Shown here in pieces: positions 42,136 to 52,099 of a stretch of 64,000 nt of DNA (positions are counted from its first letter, which is position 1; each line of letters opens with the position of its first letter). The notes under the pieces are model-generated. The model did not search any database, was not told the origin of the DNA, and saw only the letters and a program-made list of their open reading frames with translations. The DNA comes from an uncultured bacterium (GTDB lineage: Bacteria > Krumholzibacteriota > Krumholzibacteriia > LZORAL124-64-63), in contig CAVSZB010000007.1 of NCBI GenBank assembly GCA_963732385.1, forward strand, positions 896,001 to 960,000. Direction: 5' to 3'. The translations under genes and the position numbers were made by a program.

Positions 42136-43164
42136 TCACGCCGCGGGCGCCGCGATGGCCACCGCGGCCGACAGCAGCCGACGCAGGGCGCGGCCACGAT
42201 GGCTGATGGCGTTCTTGGCCTCCGGCTCCAGTTCGGCCAGCGTGCGGTCGCTGCCGTGCGGCCGGAAAAGCGGGTCGTAGCCGAAACCGCCCCAGCCGAT
42301 CGGTTCGCGCGTCACCTCGCCGACCAGGCGGCCCGACGCGGAAATCTCCCGCCAGACCGGCTCGTTCACGCCCCGGCCCGGCGCCTCGGACGACAGGCCG
42401 GAGGGGGCGGTGAGGGTCGGCGGCGGCAGGGTGCCGTCGGGCCCGTTGGTCGTCCAGATCCGGGTGTCGGGCAGACGCAGCGCGGGCGGCGTCGCCCCGT
42501 CCGGACGCCAGGCCCCCGGCAGCGGCGCGAGCAGCCGGTCGAGCGTCTCGCGCAACCGCGCGGCGTCGCCGCCGTGAGTGACGAGGATGTCGCCCCAACG
42601 CGCCCGGTACGCCGCCCAGGCCTGCAGGCGGTCGCCCCAGTTGTCCCAGTAGGCGGCCTCGCGAGCCGGGTCCTTCACCTCGATGGCGCGGGCGAACGGA
42701 TTGTGCAGCCAGCGCGCGTCGCCCTCCGGGACCGCCGCCGGGGGCGGGCCGCCGCCGGCGCGCGGACGGGGATCGACCCAGACCGCGGCGGTGATGAAGC
42801 GGGCCTGCCGGTGACCATCGGGCACGTCGCGCAGCAGCGCGAGCAGCAGATCGACGTTGTCGGCGTAGGTGGCGTCCGGTCCGGCGAAGCGGGAAGCGAA
42901 AATGTCAGGCAGGTCGTTCAGCGCCGACACCTGGAAGGCGGTGTCGTCGGCGACCGCGATCTCGCCGGTCCAGGCTGCCGTGGCGATCGCCTTGCGGCTG
43001 GCATTGCCCAAAACGGTGGTGCCGTCCTCGACGACCTCCGGCAGGCCCGGATAGTCGAGTGCGGAGGCGATCTCGAACGGCAGGCCGACGCACAGCTCGC
43101 GCATTTCGCGCAGCTTGTCGGCGTTGCGGCTCGCCAGGACCACGCGGCGGCGGGCGGGGGTCAT
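42136..43164 (-). CDS. rdgB: Non-canonical purine NTP pyrophosphatase (Ham1/RdgB) with a 140-aa insertion
   Basis: [36 protein letters not shown]; lies directly after rph. Confidence 0.88.
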   Translation of the reverse strand: MTPARRRVVLASRNADKLREMRELCVGLPFEIASALDYPGLPEVVEDGTTVLGNASRKAIATAAWTGEIAVADDTAFQVSALNDLPDIFASRFAGPDATYADNVDLLLALLRDVPDGHRQARFITAAVWVDPRPRAGGGPPPAAVPEGDARWLHNPFARAIEVKDPAREAAYWDNWGDRLQAWAAYRARWGDILVTHGGDAARLRETLDRLLAPLPGAWRPDGATPPALRLPDTRIWTTNGPDGTLPPPTLTAPSGLSSEAPGRGVNEPVWREISASGRLVGEVTREPIGWGGFGYDPLFRPHGSDRTLAELEPEAKNAISHRGRALRRLLSAAVAIAAPAA

Positions 43165-43904
43165 CGGCCGGTCCCGGCGCCGCCGACCGGCGCGACCGGC
43201 GCCAGCGCCGCCCGCTGCACCTCGCCGATCTTCCCGATCGCGGCGGCGGCGAGATCGAGCATCCGATCGAGTTCGGACCGGTCGAACGGCTTGTGCTCGG
43301 CGGTCCCCTGCACCTCCACCAGGCCGCCCCCCTCCACCATGACCACGTTCATGTCGGTGCCGGCGCGCGCGTCCTCGGCGTAGTCGAGGTCGAGCAGCAC
43401 CTCGCCCTCGAGCACGCCGAGACTGACCGCGCCGACCAGTTTCGGCATCGGGTGCTGCTTCAGGCGCAGGCGGGTGAGCGCGTCGTGCAGCGCCACCGCG
43501 GCGCCGTTGATCGCGGCGCAGCGGGTGCCGCCGTCGGCGCGCAGCACGTCGCAATCGACCGTGATCGTCAGCTCGCCCATGGCGTGCAGGTCGGTCACCG
43601 CCCGCAGCGAGCGACCGATCAGCCGCTGGATCTCCATCGTGCGGCCCCCCTGCCCCTTCGCCACCGCCTCGCGGGTCATCCTTTCATCGGTGGATCGGGG
43701 CAGCATGCCGTACTCCGCGGTGACCCACCCGCCGCCGTTGCCCTTGAGCCACTTCGGCACGCCGGCGGCGATGCTCGCGGTGCAGACCACCACGGTCCGC
43801 CCCATCGAGATGAGCGCCGAGCCCTCGGCGTGCGGCAGGTAGTCGCGGGTGATGCTGAGGGGACGCAACATGGTGGCCCGGCGGCCTTCGGCCCGTTCGG
43901 TCAC
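43161..43904 (-). CDS. rph: Ribonuclease PH
   Basis: [40 protein letters not shown]. Confidence 0.96.
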   Translation of the reverse strand: MTERAEGRRATMLRPLSITRDYLPHAEGSALISMGRTVVVCTASIAAGVPKWLKGNGGGWVTAEYGMLPRSTDERMTREAVAKGQGGRTMEIQRLIGRSLRAVTDLHAMGELTITVDCDVLRADGGTRCAAINGAAVALHDALTRLRLKQHPMPKLVGAVSLGVLEGEVLLDLDYAEDARAGTDMNVVMVEGGGLVEVQGTAEHKPFDRSELDRMLDLAAAAIGKIGEVQRAALAPVAPVGGAGTGR

Positions 43905-44776
43905 GCGCCGCTCCTTTGCTCACGGACGAGACGGGCGGCCTGCTCGACTTCGTCCAGGTTGACCTGGCGGACCGCCTCGATCGGTCGGCCCAGGAAGCGG
44001 GCGCCCGCCTCCGCGAATTTCCACGGCACGTCGCTCAGCCAGAATTCGAGCTGCAGCCGCGCCGGGGCGACTTCGCCGGCCGCGACCGTCGGTCCCACGG
44101 CCGGGCGGACCAGCCCGCGTTCGACCAGCGTGCGGGCGGCCGCCTCCGCGAGCGCCTCGGCCGAGTCCACCAGCGCCGTCTCCGGCTCCATGAAGCGACT
44201 GATGGCCGGTTTGAGCAGCGGGTAGTGCGTGCAACCGAGGATCAGCGTGTCGACCCGCGCCTCGCGCAGCGGCAGCAGGTACTCGGCCACCGCCATCTCC
44301 GTGATGGGATGCTCGGTCAGCCCCTCCTCGGCCAGCGGCACGAAGAGCGGGCACTCCCGCGCGCGGACCCGCGCCGACCCCACCACCCGCGCCAGCCCCT
44401 CCTGGTATTTGCCGCTGCGTATCGTACCGCTGGTGCCGATCACGCCGATCGGCCCGCCGCGCGTGCGCGCCAGCGCGGCCTCGATGCCGGGCTCGATCAC
44501 GCCGAGCACCGGGACCGGGAATTCCTGCTGCAGCTCGTCGAGTGCGAAGGCCGAGGCGGTGTTGCACGCCACCACGATCATCTTGACGCCCTGCGCGTGA
44601 AGGAAGGCGGCGTCCTGCCGCGCGAACGCGCGCACCGTGCGCGCCCCCTTGGTGCCGTACGGCACCCGCGCGGTGTCGCCGAAATAGATGAAGTCCTCGT
44701 CCGGCAGGCGCCGCAGCAGCGCCCGCAGGACCGTCAGCCCCCCCATCCCCGAGTCGAAGACGCCGATCGGACCCAC
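43901..44776 (-). CDS. murI: Glutamate racemase
   Basis: [28 protein letters not shown]. Confidence 0.96.
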   Translation of the reverse strand: MGPIGVFDSGMGGLTVLRALLRRLPDEDFIYFGDTARVPYGTKGARTVRAFARQDAAFLHAQGVKMIVVACNTASAFALDELQQEFPVPVLGVIEPGIEAALARTRGGPIGVIGTSGTIRSGKYQEGLARVVGSARVRARECPLFVPLAEEGLTEHPITEMAVAEYLLPLREARVDTLILGCTHYPLLKPAISRFMEPETALVDSAEALAEAAARTLVERGLVRPAVGPTVAAGEVAPARLQLEFWLSDVPWKFAEAGARFLGRPIEAVRQVNLDEVEQAARLVREQRSGA

Positions 44777-44777
44777 G

Positions 44778-45377
44778 CTACCGCCACCTCCGCGGATCGA
44801 GCGGCTGGTCGAGCGCCAGGTGGCCGGCCAGCGTCTCGACCTGCTCGCCCGCCACCAGCAACGTGCAGGCGCGCACCTCCGGGAAGTCCAACGCGATCGT
44901 GCGCAGGATGGCGTCGACCGTGGCGCGCTCGGCGGCCGAACCGCCGGGGTGGTTGTCGCGCAACTCGCGGCTGAAATCGATCAGCACCGACGCCTGGCGC
45001 TCGTCGTAGAAAACCGCCAGCGGACGCGCGCCGCGCGGGATGGTGCCGATCGCGCCGCGGGTCTCCGGTCCGGCGCACAGCGCGTCGAGCACGGCGCGCA
45101 ACTCCTCTTCGATACGGTTGGTGGCCGGGAGCTGGCGCTGTTCGATGATCATGCTCATCGCGTCGGCGCTGACGAAGACCAGTTGCACGCTGCGCGTCCC
45201 GGGCGACACCGCCAGCGTGTCGGGCGCGGAAGCCTCGGAGGCCGGCGCGTTCGCCGCTTCGCGCCACCGCTGCACGAAGCGCAGCGCGACCACGCTCAGC
45301 ACCACCAGCGCCGCGAGGACAACCAGGGCGATCCAGAAGCGGGCGCCACGGCCGGAACCCCTGCCGGTCTCCGTCAT
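44778..45377 (-). CDS. GerMN domain protein
   Basis: TM anchor; GP..IPRG..IDFS..HPGGS..E..TLAGH; typical amiC-murI context. Confidence 0.85.
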   Translation of the reverse strand: MTETGRGSGRGARFWIALVVLAALVVLSVVALRFVQRWREAANAPASEASAPDTLAVSPGTRSVQLVFVSADAMSMIIEQRQLPATNRIEEELRAVLDALCAGPETRGAIGTIPRGARPLAVFYDERQASVLIDFSRELRDNHPGGSAAERATVDAILRTIALDFPEVRACTLLVAGEQVETLAGHLALDQPLDPRRWR

Positions 45378-47032
45378 GGCCGCTCCTCCCTCTCTGCGCG
45401 CCCGGCGCCGGCGTGGCGGTCGCGATACTCCAGGATCGCCTCGCCGATCGTCCGCGCCAGCAGCCGCTGGTGATCGGGATCGATCAACCGCTTCTCCTCG
45501 GCGCCATTGGAGAGGAACCCCATCTCGACCAGGACCGCAGGCATGTAGGCGCCCACCAGCACCCGGAAACCGGCCTGCTTGACGCCGCGGTTCTCGGCGC
45601 CCAGCGCGCGACAGAGACCGGCCTGCACCTCTTCCGCCAGATCGCTGCTGTCGGTGATGAAGCGGTTCTGCACGAGATCCCAGAGGATGAACTCGATGTC
45701 GGCCGTCTCTCCCTCCGCCGCCCAGTTCTCCGCGCGCGCCACCGAAGCGTCGCGGTCGGTCCTGGCCGGCGAGAGAAAATAGGTCTCCACTCCCGTGGCG
45801 CGCTCGCTGAACCAGCCGTTGCAGTGCAGCGACACGAACAGGTCGCCGCCGGCCTGGTTGGCGATCTCCGCGCGCCGGGCGAGCGGGACCGCGCTGTCGT
45901 CATCCCGCGTGAGGACGACCTCCAGTCCCCCCCGCCGCTCGAGCACGCGTTTCAATTCGCGGGCCACGGCCAGGTTGACATCCTTCTCCAGAGCGCCGCC
46001 CGACCCGATACGCCCGGTCTCGTCGCCACCGTGACCGGCATCGACGACCACGGTGCGCACGGTGATCACGCGGTCGGACGCGGGGGACTCGGCAACCGGC
46101 GCCGGCGTGAGGCGCCCGCGTGGCGTCGGCTCCGGCAGCGCCCCGAGTCGCTCCTCCTCGATCATCAGTACGATCTCGCCTCCGTCCTCGGCGGCGTAGG
46201 CGCGATAGCGCGTGACCAGGCCGCTCACGCGCACCCGGATCAGCGCGTCGGTACCGACCTGTTCGGCGTTCACCGCTTCGACGAGTCCCCGCGGCGCGTC
46301 CAGGACGACCTGCGCCGCATCCACCGTGCCGCCGTAGATCTTGAGCAGCAGCAGGCCCGGTTCGGGGCTCTCGGCGCGATAGGTCAGCGGCTTGCCGCAG
46401 GTGAAATGCAGGGCGATGGCGTTCGCGAGCTCCTCCACCCGCAGGCCGGTAATGTCGGCGCGCTCCCCGCCGACGCCTAGCGTCAGGCGCGAGGAATCCC
46501 AGCGCACCGGCTCGCGCAGCGCCGGCCCCACGACGCGGATCAGGAACTCGAGCGGCACCCACAGGTCGCCGGCGCGGGCGAACACCGGCGCGCGCAGGAG
46601 GGTCTCGCCGGCGTCACCGGCCACCAGGCGGCTGCCCGCGGTGAGATGGAAGTCACGACCGCCGGCGCGGAAGACGAGCCGGTGCCCCTCCTCCTGCCAG
46701 TCGCGGCGCGCCCCGAACAGCAACGCCGCCCCGCTCGTGGAGACGTACACTTCCAGACTGCCGGCCAACAGCCGGCGCCCCTCGATTTCCAGTCTGGAGC
46801 GGGTGGCGAACAACGTGGTCTGCACGACCAGCGCCGGCGCGTTGGGATCGAGCCGCGTGAAGGCGTCCGGATCGGTGGGCTCGGCCGCCGCGCTGGCCGG
46901 GCGAAGCGCCGCCGTCGCGATCAGCCCGGCCAGGACGATCAGCACGACCGCCGACACCCCGGTCGTAAGCCACCCCACGGACGCGAGCGGAGCGCGCGGG
47001 AGGCGAAGCACGCCGATCGGGGGGATCGTCAT
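45374..47032 (-). CDS. N-acetylmuramoyl-L-alanine amidase (Amidase_3)
   Basis: VDAGHGG, EKDVNL, LTRDDD, FVSLHCN, VLVEMGFLSN. Confidence 0.93.
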   Translation of the reverse strand: MTIPPIGVLRLPRAPLASVGWLTTGVSAVVLIVLAGLIATAALRPASAAAEPTDPDAFTRLDPNAPALVVQTTLFATRSRLEIEGRRLLAGSLEVYVSTSGAALLFGARRDWQEEGHRLVFRAGGRDFHLTAGSRLVAGDAGETLLRAPVFARAGDLWVPLEFLIRVVGPALREPVRWDSSRLTLGVGGERADITGLRVEELANAIALHFTCGKPLTYRAESPEPGLLLLKIYGGTVDAAQVVLDAPRGLVEAVNAEQVGTDALIRVRVSGLVTRYRAYAAEDGGEIVLMIEEERLGALPEPTPRGRLTPAPVAESPASDRVITVRTVVVDAGHGGDETGRIGSGGALEKDVNLAVARELKRVLERRGGLEVVLTRDDDSAVPLARRAEIANQAGGDLFVSLHCNGWFSERATGVETYFLSPARTDRDASVARAENWAAEGETADIEFILWDLVQNRFITDSSDLAEEVQAGLCRALGAENRGVKQAGFRVLVGAYMPAVLVEMGFLSNGAEEKRLIDPDHQRLLARTIGEAILEYRDRHAGAGRAEREERP

Positions 47033-47532
47033 CAGTCGTCGCCCCTTCCGCTACCGGGTCCCCGACGCCCGAGCTGGCTGGCGATGCGGCGGTCGGTGTC
47101 GCGCCGGGCGGCCGCGTCGCGTTTGTCGTGCAGCTTCCTGCCCCGCCCGAGACCGAGCTCCACCTTCACCATCCCTTTCACGTTGAAATAGAGTCGCAGC
47201 GGCACGAGCGTCAGGCCCTGTTCGTCGATGCGCGGGCGCAGCCGACGCAGTTCGCGCCGGGTCAGCAGCAGCTTGCGGCGCCGGAACGGCTCGTGGTTCT
47301 CGCGGTTGGCCTGTTCGTAGGGGCCGATGTGCAGCTTGACGAGCCACCCCTCGCCGTCACGGATCTCGGCGAAGGAGTCGCCCAGATTGGCCTTGCCCTG
47401 CCGCAGTGCTTTCACTTCGGTGCCCAGCAGCACGAGGCCGGCCTCCCAGGTGTCGAGGATCTCATACTCATGCCGCGCCCGCCGATTGCCGGCGATGAGC
47501 CTGATCCCCTCGTCCTTGCGCTGCGCGCCCAT
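47032..47532 (-). CDS. smpB: SsrA-binding protein
   Basis: NRRARHEY, EAGLVLLGTEVKALR, RKLLL, GRKLHDKR. Confidence 0.97.
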   Translation of the reverse strand: MGAQRKDEGIRLIAGNRRARHEYEILDTWEAGLVLLGTEVKALRQGKANLGDSFAEIRDGEGWLVKLHIGPYEQANRENHEPFRRRKLLLTRRELRRLRPRIDEQGLTLVPLRLYFNVKGMVKVELGLGRGRKLHDKRDAAARRDTDRRIASQLGRRGPGSGRGDD

Positions 47533-47619
47533 GCCGGCCTTTCCGCGGGCCCGCGAAAACGGCCCGAACGGAGGAAACTAGCACCTCGTCGAAAGAGTGA
47601 CAAGGCGCGACAGACAGAG

Positions 47620-47648
47620 TTGACACCCCTGGGCGCGGGGGCTAGATT
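47620..47648 (+). promoter_or_regulatory. Sigma70 promoter of tRNA-Leu
   Basis: TTGACA-N17-TAGATT. Confidence 0.7.
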
Positions 47649-47699
47649 GAGCGGCCCGACGCGGTATCGTCCGCGTCGGATCGGCCTGCCGATCCGAGT

Positions 47700-47785
47700 G
47701 CCCGGATGGCGGAATTGGTAGACGCGCTACGTTCAGGTCGTAGTGAGGAATCCTCGTGGGAGTTCGAGTCTCCCTCCGGGCACCA
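47700..47785 (+). tRNA. tRNA-Leu(CAG)
   Basis: GCCCGGATGGCGGAATTGGTAGACGC.., anticodon loop TTCAGGT, long variable arm, CCA. Confidence 0.95.
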
Positions 47786-47805
47786 GGTCCCCCCCGCGTA
47801 ACCCG

Positions 47806-49170
47806 TCATTTGAGGTAGCCGAGCGAACGCAACTGCTGGCGGATCGCTTCGTCCACCTGCGGATCGACCCCCGCCGTGTCGGCGCGCGCCCGCGGCGCGA
47901 GCGCCTGGTAGCTCGGCACGCGGTGCCGCTCGATCCGCTTCAGGAACCGGCGTCCTTCGGCGTTCAGCTCCGCGGCGAACGGGCGGCCCGGCATCTCGGC
48001 GCTGGCGGGCAGGCCGAGCAGCATCAGGAACGTCGGCGCGGCATCGATAAGGTCCACCGTGCCGTCACGGGCGCCGGCCGCATGCCAGGGGCTGCGCACC
48101 ACGAAGATCCCTTCGCGACGGTGCTGCTCGGCGCCCATGGTCCAGCCGCGTTTGCGCTGCCGTCCGCCGTAGAAGCCGTGGTCCGACAGCACGACGAACG
48201 GCCGGTCCGGCGGGAACCACGACATCACCTCGCCCAGCATCTCATCGACGAACATGTAGTAGCGCGGCACCACCTGGCCGAACAGGGCCAGTTCGTCGGG
48301 AGTCGCCGGGGCGGGACTCCGGTCGGTCTGCCAGAAAGGCCAGAAATCGTGGCTGACCATGTCGAGGCCGCGCAGGTAGAGCACGAACAACGGCGCTTCG
48401 TCCCGTGCCGCGAGCCAGCGCCCGATCTCGAGGTACGAACGGTCCCCGGCGTACAGTTCGCGCAGCCTCTGCAGATGATATTCGATGGCCGGCGTGCGGG
48501 GGACTCGCGCCAGCACCTCCGGATCGATGAAGCGACCCAGCTCCGCTTCGGTAATGTCTTCGGGCGCAACGCGTAGCGCCGCCACCTGCGGCTGCAGCGA
48601 ATCGGGAGCGGTCAGGCCGCTCAGCGCGGTCCGTCCCGTCTCCAGCCACGGCAGATAGTCGCTCACCATCACTCCCTGGATCGCTCGCGCCGGGTGGGTG
48701 ACCCACCAGCCGATGACATCGCTGCGCAGGCCGGCCGCGTTGGCAATGTCCCAGAAGGCCGGCACCCGCCAGGCGTTGCTGCGGGTGGGGGTCTGCCTGC
48801 CGTCGCCCGCAGCCTCCTTGACGAACCCCCCCACGCCGTGATCGGCCGGCTGGAGCCCGGTGGCGATGCTCGCCCAGAGCACGGGCGATTTTTCGAGCGG
48901 CACGAAACTGAGCAGATCGGCGCGCGTCGACTGGGTCAGCAACTGCTGGAAGTGCGGCATCCGGCCGGCCGCCAACAGAGAGTCGAGCGGAATCCAGTCG
49001 GCCGCATCGATCCCGAGCACCACCAGCCGGCGCTCGGCCGGCGCCGGCGCGCGGCGGCCACAACCCCCCGCCACGGCCAGCAGCGCCAGCGCCGCCCCCC
49101 AAACCACCAGCGCCGTCCGACGCCCCGCGCGGTCGCGGTCCCGCACCGTCTTCAAATCACCCTCCCGCAT
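47806..49170 (-). CDS. Alkaline phosphatase superfamily (phosphodiesterase-like) lipoprotein
   Basis: VLGIDAADW, SPVLWASIATG, LSDHGF, DAAPT, LRSLGYL; lipobox AGGC. Confidence 0.85.
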   Translation of the reverse strand: MREGDLKTVRDRDRAGRRTALVVWGAALALLAVAGGCGRRAPAPAERRLVVLGIDAADWIPLDSLLAAGRMPHFQQLLTQSTRADLLSFVPLEKSPVLWASIATGLQPADHGVGGFVKEAAGDGRQTPTRSNAWRVPAFWDIANAAGLRSDVIGWWVTHPARAIQGVMVSDYLPWLETGRTALSGLTAPDSLQPQVAALRVAPEDITEAELGRFIDPEVLARVPRTPAIEYHLQRLRELYAGDRSYLEIGRWLAARDEAPLFVLYLRGLDMVSHDFWPFWQTDRSPAPATPDELALFGQVVPRYYMFVDEMLGEVMSWFPPDRPFVVLSDHGFYGGRQRKRGWTMGAEQHRREGIFVVRSPWHAAGARDGTVDLIDAAPTFLMLLGLPASAEMPGRPFAAELNAEGRRFLKRIERHRVPSYQALAPRARADTAGVDPQVDEAIRQQLRSLGYLK

Positions 49171-49310
49171 ACCGTTACCTCCACTTCCGGGCCTGGCGCC
49201 CACAGCGTCCCCCTACAGCCGCCGCCGCCCTGGCCGATCCAAGATAGCGGACCGGACGCCACGGTGCCAACCGGTCCACACCTTGCTAACAGGACCCGGG
49301 GGGATGGCCC

Positions 49311-50627
49311 ATGCGCTGGATCGACATCGACCTCGCAGACCCGCAACGCCGCCACGCGGCCGCGCCCCTGCTGGACCGGGCGGCGGCGCGCGCCGTCGCC
49401 GTGCCATCCCTGCAGGAAAAGGCCGGCGTGGACAGTCCGGCCGTCACCCGGGAGATCCTCGCCACCGGACAACTGCTGTGGAAGGCGGTGCTGGCGGTCG
49501 ATCCGTTCGCCTTCTCGCCGGCGCGGGACTGCGCCGGCGGCGTCGACCCGTGCGTCGGCGCGGCGGAGATCGACCACGGCCACGGCTACCATTTCGTGGT
49601 CGCGCCTCAGGATCTGACCCTCCCCTGGAGCTGGCTGCACAACGGCCCGGGCTTCCTGCTCGCGCACTACCCGCTGGCCGCCGGAACGACCGGCACCTGG
49701 CCCGCGCCCGGCGCTCCGACCCGCGCCTGGATGGGACGGCATCGCGACGCCCTGCTGGCCGAGTTGGTGCAGGGCCGCGTCCCGGCGTCGCTCCGGAGCG
49801 AGCGCGCCGGCGCCGCGGCCGCGCGCATCCTGTTTTTGGCGGGGCATTGCGAGCCGACCGTGCGCCCCCTGCTCTACCGCGAGGCCGAGGCGATCGACGA
49901 GGCGCTCGGCGCGGCCGCCCTGGCCCCCGCGCTGGCTGCGCTCTGGGTGCCGGAACAGGCGATCGCCCCCGGCGCACTCGCCCGCCCCGACGGCGGCTGG
50001 CAGGCGGTCCACTTCGCCGGACCGACCTCCCGTCCACCCGCGGCGGAGGCAGAAGAGCCCTGGGCAGCGCTGGCGCAGACAGGCTGGGCGGATGGCGTCG
50101 ATGCGTCGGAAAGCACCGACGAGCCCCTGTCGTTCGAGGAGGTCGGCGAGCTGGAACTGGTCGGCGTGGACCCGATCTCCGCCCTGCTCGACCAGGTTGC
50201 GGCACGCGCCGCGCACCGCTCGGGGCCGGCCGCGGACGGCGCGTGCCTGGCGACCCCGCCTGTCCACGCGGCGGATCGGCCGCGCTGGCTGCTCGAAGAC
50301 GGGCCGGTGCATCCGGAAAATCTCGGCCGCTCCGGTGGCGCTCCGCCGTTGGTCTTCTCGAACAGCTACCTGAGCCTGCCGGGTCTCGGACCGCGCTTTC
50401 TCGCTGCCGGCGCCTCGACGTTCGTGGGATCGGTGGCGGCGGTCCTCTCCGGGCCGGCGCGTGAGTTCGCGGCGCGGTTCTACGGCTGCCTCGGCGACGG
50501 ATGGAGCACCGCCGCCGCGCTGCACGGCGCCGCGCTGGCCTGTCGCGACCTCTACGGCGAGGAGCACCCGGCCTGGCTCAGCTACGGGCTGATCGGGCAC
50601 GGCGGCCTGGCGCTGCAGTATCTCTAG
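49311..50627 (+). CDS. CHAT (caspase-like) domain protein with degenerate catalytic dyad
   Basis: LPW.WLH.G..FL, VHFAG, LVFSNS, FLAAGA..FVG, AREFAARFY, WLSYGLIG. Confidence 0.78.
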   Translation: MRWIDIDLADPQRRHAAAPLLDRAAARAVAVPSLQEKAGVDSPAVTREILATGQLLWKAVLAVDPFAFSPARDCAGGVDPCVGAAEIDHGHGYHFVVAPQDLTLPWSWLHNGPGFLLAHYPLAAGTTGTWPAPGAPTRAWMGRHRDALLAELVQGRVPASLRSERAGAAAARILFLAGHCEPTVRPLLYREAEAIDEALGAAALAPALAALWVPEQAIAPGALARPDGGWQAVHFAGPTSRPPAAEAEEPWAALAQTGWADGVDASESTDEPLSFEEVGELELVGVDPISALLDQVAARAAHRSGPAADGACLATPPVHAADRPRWLLEDGPVHPENLGRSGGAPPLVFSNSYLSLPGLGPRFLAAGASTFVGSVAAVLSGPAREFAARFYGCLGDGWSTAAALHGAALACRDLYGEEHPAWLSYGLIGHGGLALQYL

Positions 50628-50650
50628 GACGGCGCCACGGCCAGGCTCCC

Positions 50651-51475
50651 TCAGGCGTCGATGTCGTGCTGTCCGATGAGGGCGATCAGTTCTTCGTGGA
50701 CGAGCCCGTTCGTCGCCACCAGGTCGGTCGCGCCGGGGCTGTAGGGCACGCCCTTGTGGTCGGTCACCCGCCCCCCCGCCTCCCGCACCAGCAGGATGCC
50801 GGCCGCGACGTCGTAGAGCGGCTGCGGCTCCCCTTTCCCGGCCACCAGCGCATCGAAGCGGGCGTCGGCCAGATAGGCCATCTCCAGCGCGATGGTTCCG
50901 AGGCGCCGCATCTTCATCGTGCCCAGCAGCACCGCCTGCAACAGCGCGGCGTTGGCGATGAAACGCCCCTTCTTCTGCAACTGCGCGCTGACCACCGCCT
51001 CCGCCAGTTCCGTCCGCCCGCTGACCCGCATCTTCGCGCCGTTGAGGCGCGCCCCCTCCCCCGCGGACGCGGTGAAGCTCTCGTCGAGCAACGGGTTGTA
51101 GATGGCGGCGGTAAGGATCTCGTCGCCATCCATCAACGCCACGCTGGTGCAGAAGGCCGGCAGACCGAGCGCGAAATTCAGGGTGCCGTCGATCGGATCG
51201 AGGTGCCAGACCCGCCCCGACGGGGGGCCGTCGGGCTCCGCAGGCCGCCCCTCGCTCCGTCCGTACTCCTCCCCCCAGATCGCATCTTCGGGGAACCGCG
51301 TGCGGATACGCGCCGACAGCAGACGCTCGATTTCCCGGTCGGCCTCCGTGATCGCCTCCCGCCCGTGCTTGAAGCGAAGCGGTCCGGTGCGGCGGAAAAG
51401 GCCGAGCGCGATTTCGCCCGCCTCGCGGCACCAGGTCGTCAGCAGTCTTTCGGTTTCGGGCAGCTTGGGGGTCAT
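50651..51475 (-). CDS. Inositol monophosphatase family protein
   Basis: TEAD, GEE, WHLDPIDGTLNF, YDVAAGILLVREAGG. Confidence 0.92.
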   Translation of the reverse strand: MTPKLPETERLLTTWCREAGEIALGLFRRTGPLRFKHGREAITEADREIERLLSARIRTRFPEDAIWGEEYGRSEGRPAEPDGPPSGRVWHLDPIDGTLNFALGLPAFCTSVALMDGDEILTAAIYNPLLDESFTASAGEGARLNGAKMRVSGRTELAEAVVSAQLQKKGRFIANAALLQAVLLGTMKMRRLGTIALEMAYLADARFDALVAGKGEPQPLYDVAAGILLVREAGGRVTDHKGVPYSPGATDLVATNGLVHEELIALIGQHDIDA

Positions 51476-51900
51476 GCGGAGTCCTCTTTTCCGGCCAGGG
51501 GCGGCTCGGGACGCAGACGGGCGGCCAGGGCGGCGAAACCGGCCCGGGCGCTGGCAACGATGGCGGCGATCTCCTCCGGCGTGGCAGCGTCCTGGTGGAT
51601 CCCGGCCACCACGACACAACTCCGGCCGGCAGCGGACGCGAGCAGAGCGGCCCCCTCTTCGGCGAGCAGACCCTCACGGTGGCCAGGAACCGGGCAGAGC
51701 CCGGCATACGCCCCGCGACCGACCCCGTGGGCCGGCGCGCACACGGCCACCGCCCCCGCGTGCGCCTCCCCCCCGGTGACGAGAAGCACCAGATCGCGCC
51801 CCTGCCCCAGCAGCGTGAGCCGGACCGCCGTCCGCCCCTCGCCCAGCGTCAGGTCGGCGAGCGTCGTTCCGGCCGGCACTGTGGTGGGATCGAGGGTCAT
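51472..51900 (-). CDS. Small hypothetical protein, LpdD-like
   Basis: GRDL..VTGG.AHAGAV..PGHRE..VAGIH.D.AT.EEI pattern. Confidence 0.65.
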   Translation of the reverse strand: MTLDPTTVPAGTTLADLTLGEGRTAVRLTLLGQGRDLVLLVTGGEAHAGAVAVCAPAHGVGRGAYAGLCPVPGHREGLLAEEGAALLASAAGRSCVVVAGIHQDAATPEEIAAIVASARAGFAALAARLRPEPPLAGKEDSA

Positions 51901-52099
51901 GCCGAACCGGCCTCCCGCCACAACGTCGTCTGGCTGCGGCGTGGCAAGATTGCCTTTGACGCCCGCGACGTCCGCTGGGTAATAAGGTATATTCCCGAGG
52001 GATGGGGGGGAACCAAAACCCGCGTCCGGCCGTTATGAGGCGGATCCCCCCGATCGTCAGCGATCCCGCGACCCGCGTCGCGCCGCCACACGGAGCGCC

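Noticed and set aside
42349..42768. Intein in RdgB
   Set aside because: No N-terminal Cys/Ser, C-terminal HN or LAGLIDADG motifs
52000..52056. GGGGGGAACC...GGATCCCCCC stem upstream of the PP2C gene as a riboswitch
   Set aside because: No match to riboswitch consensus sequences I recognise; a single GC-rich stem
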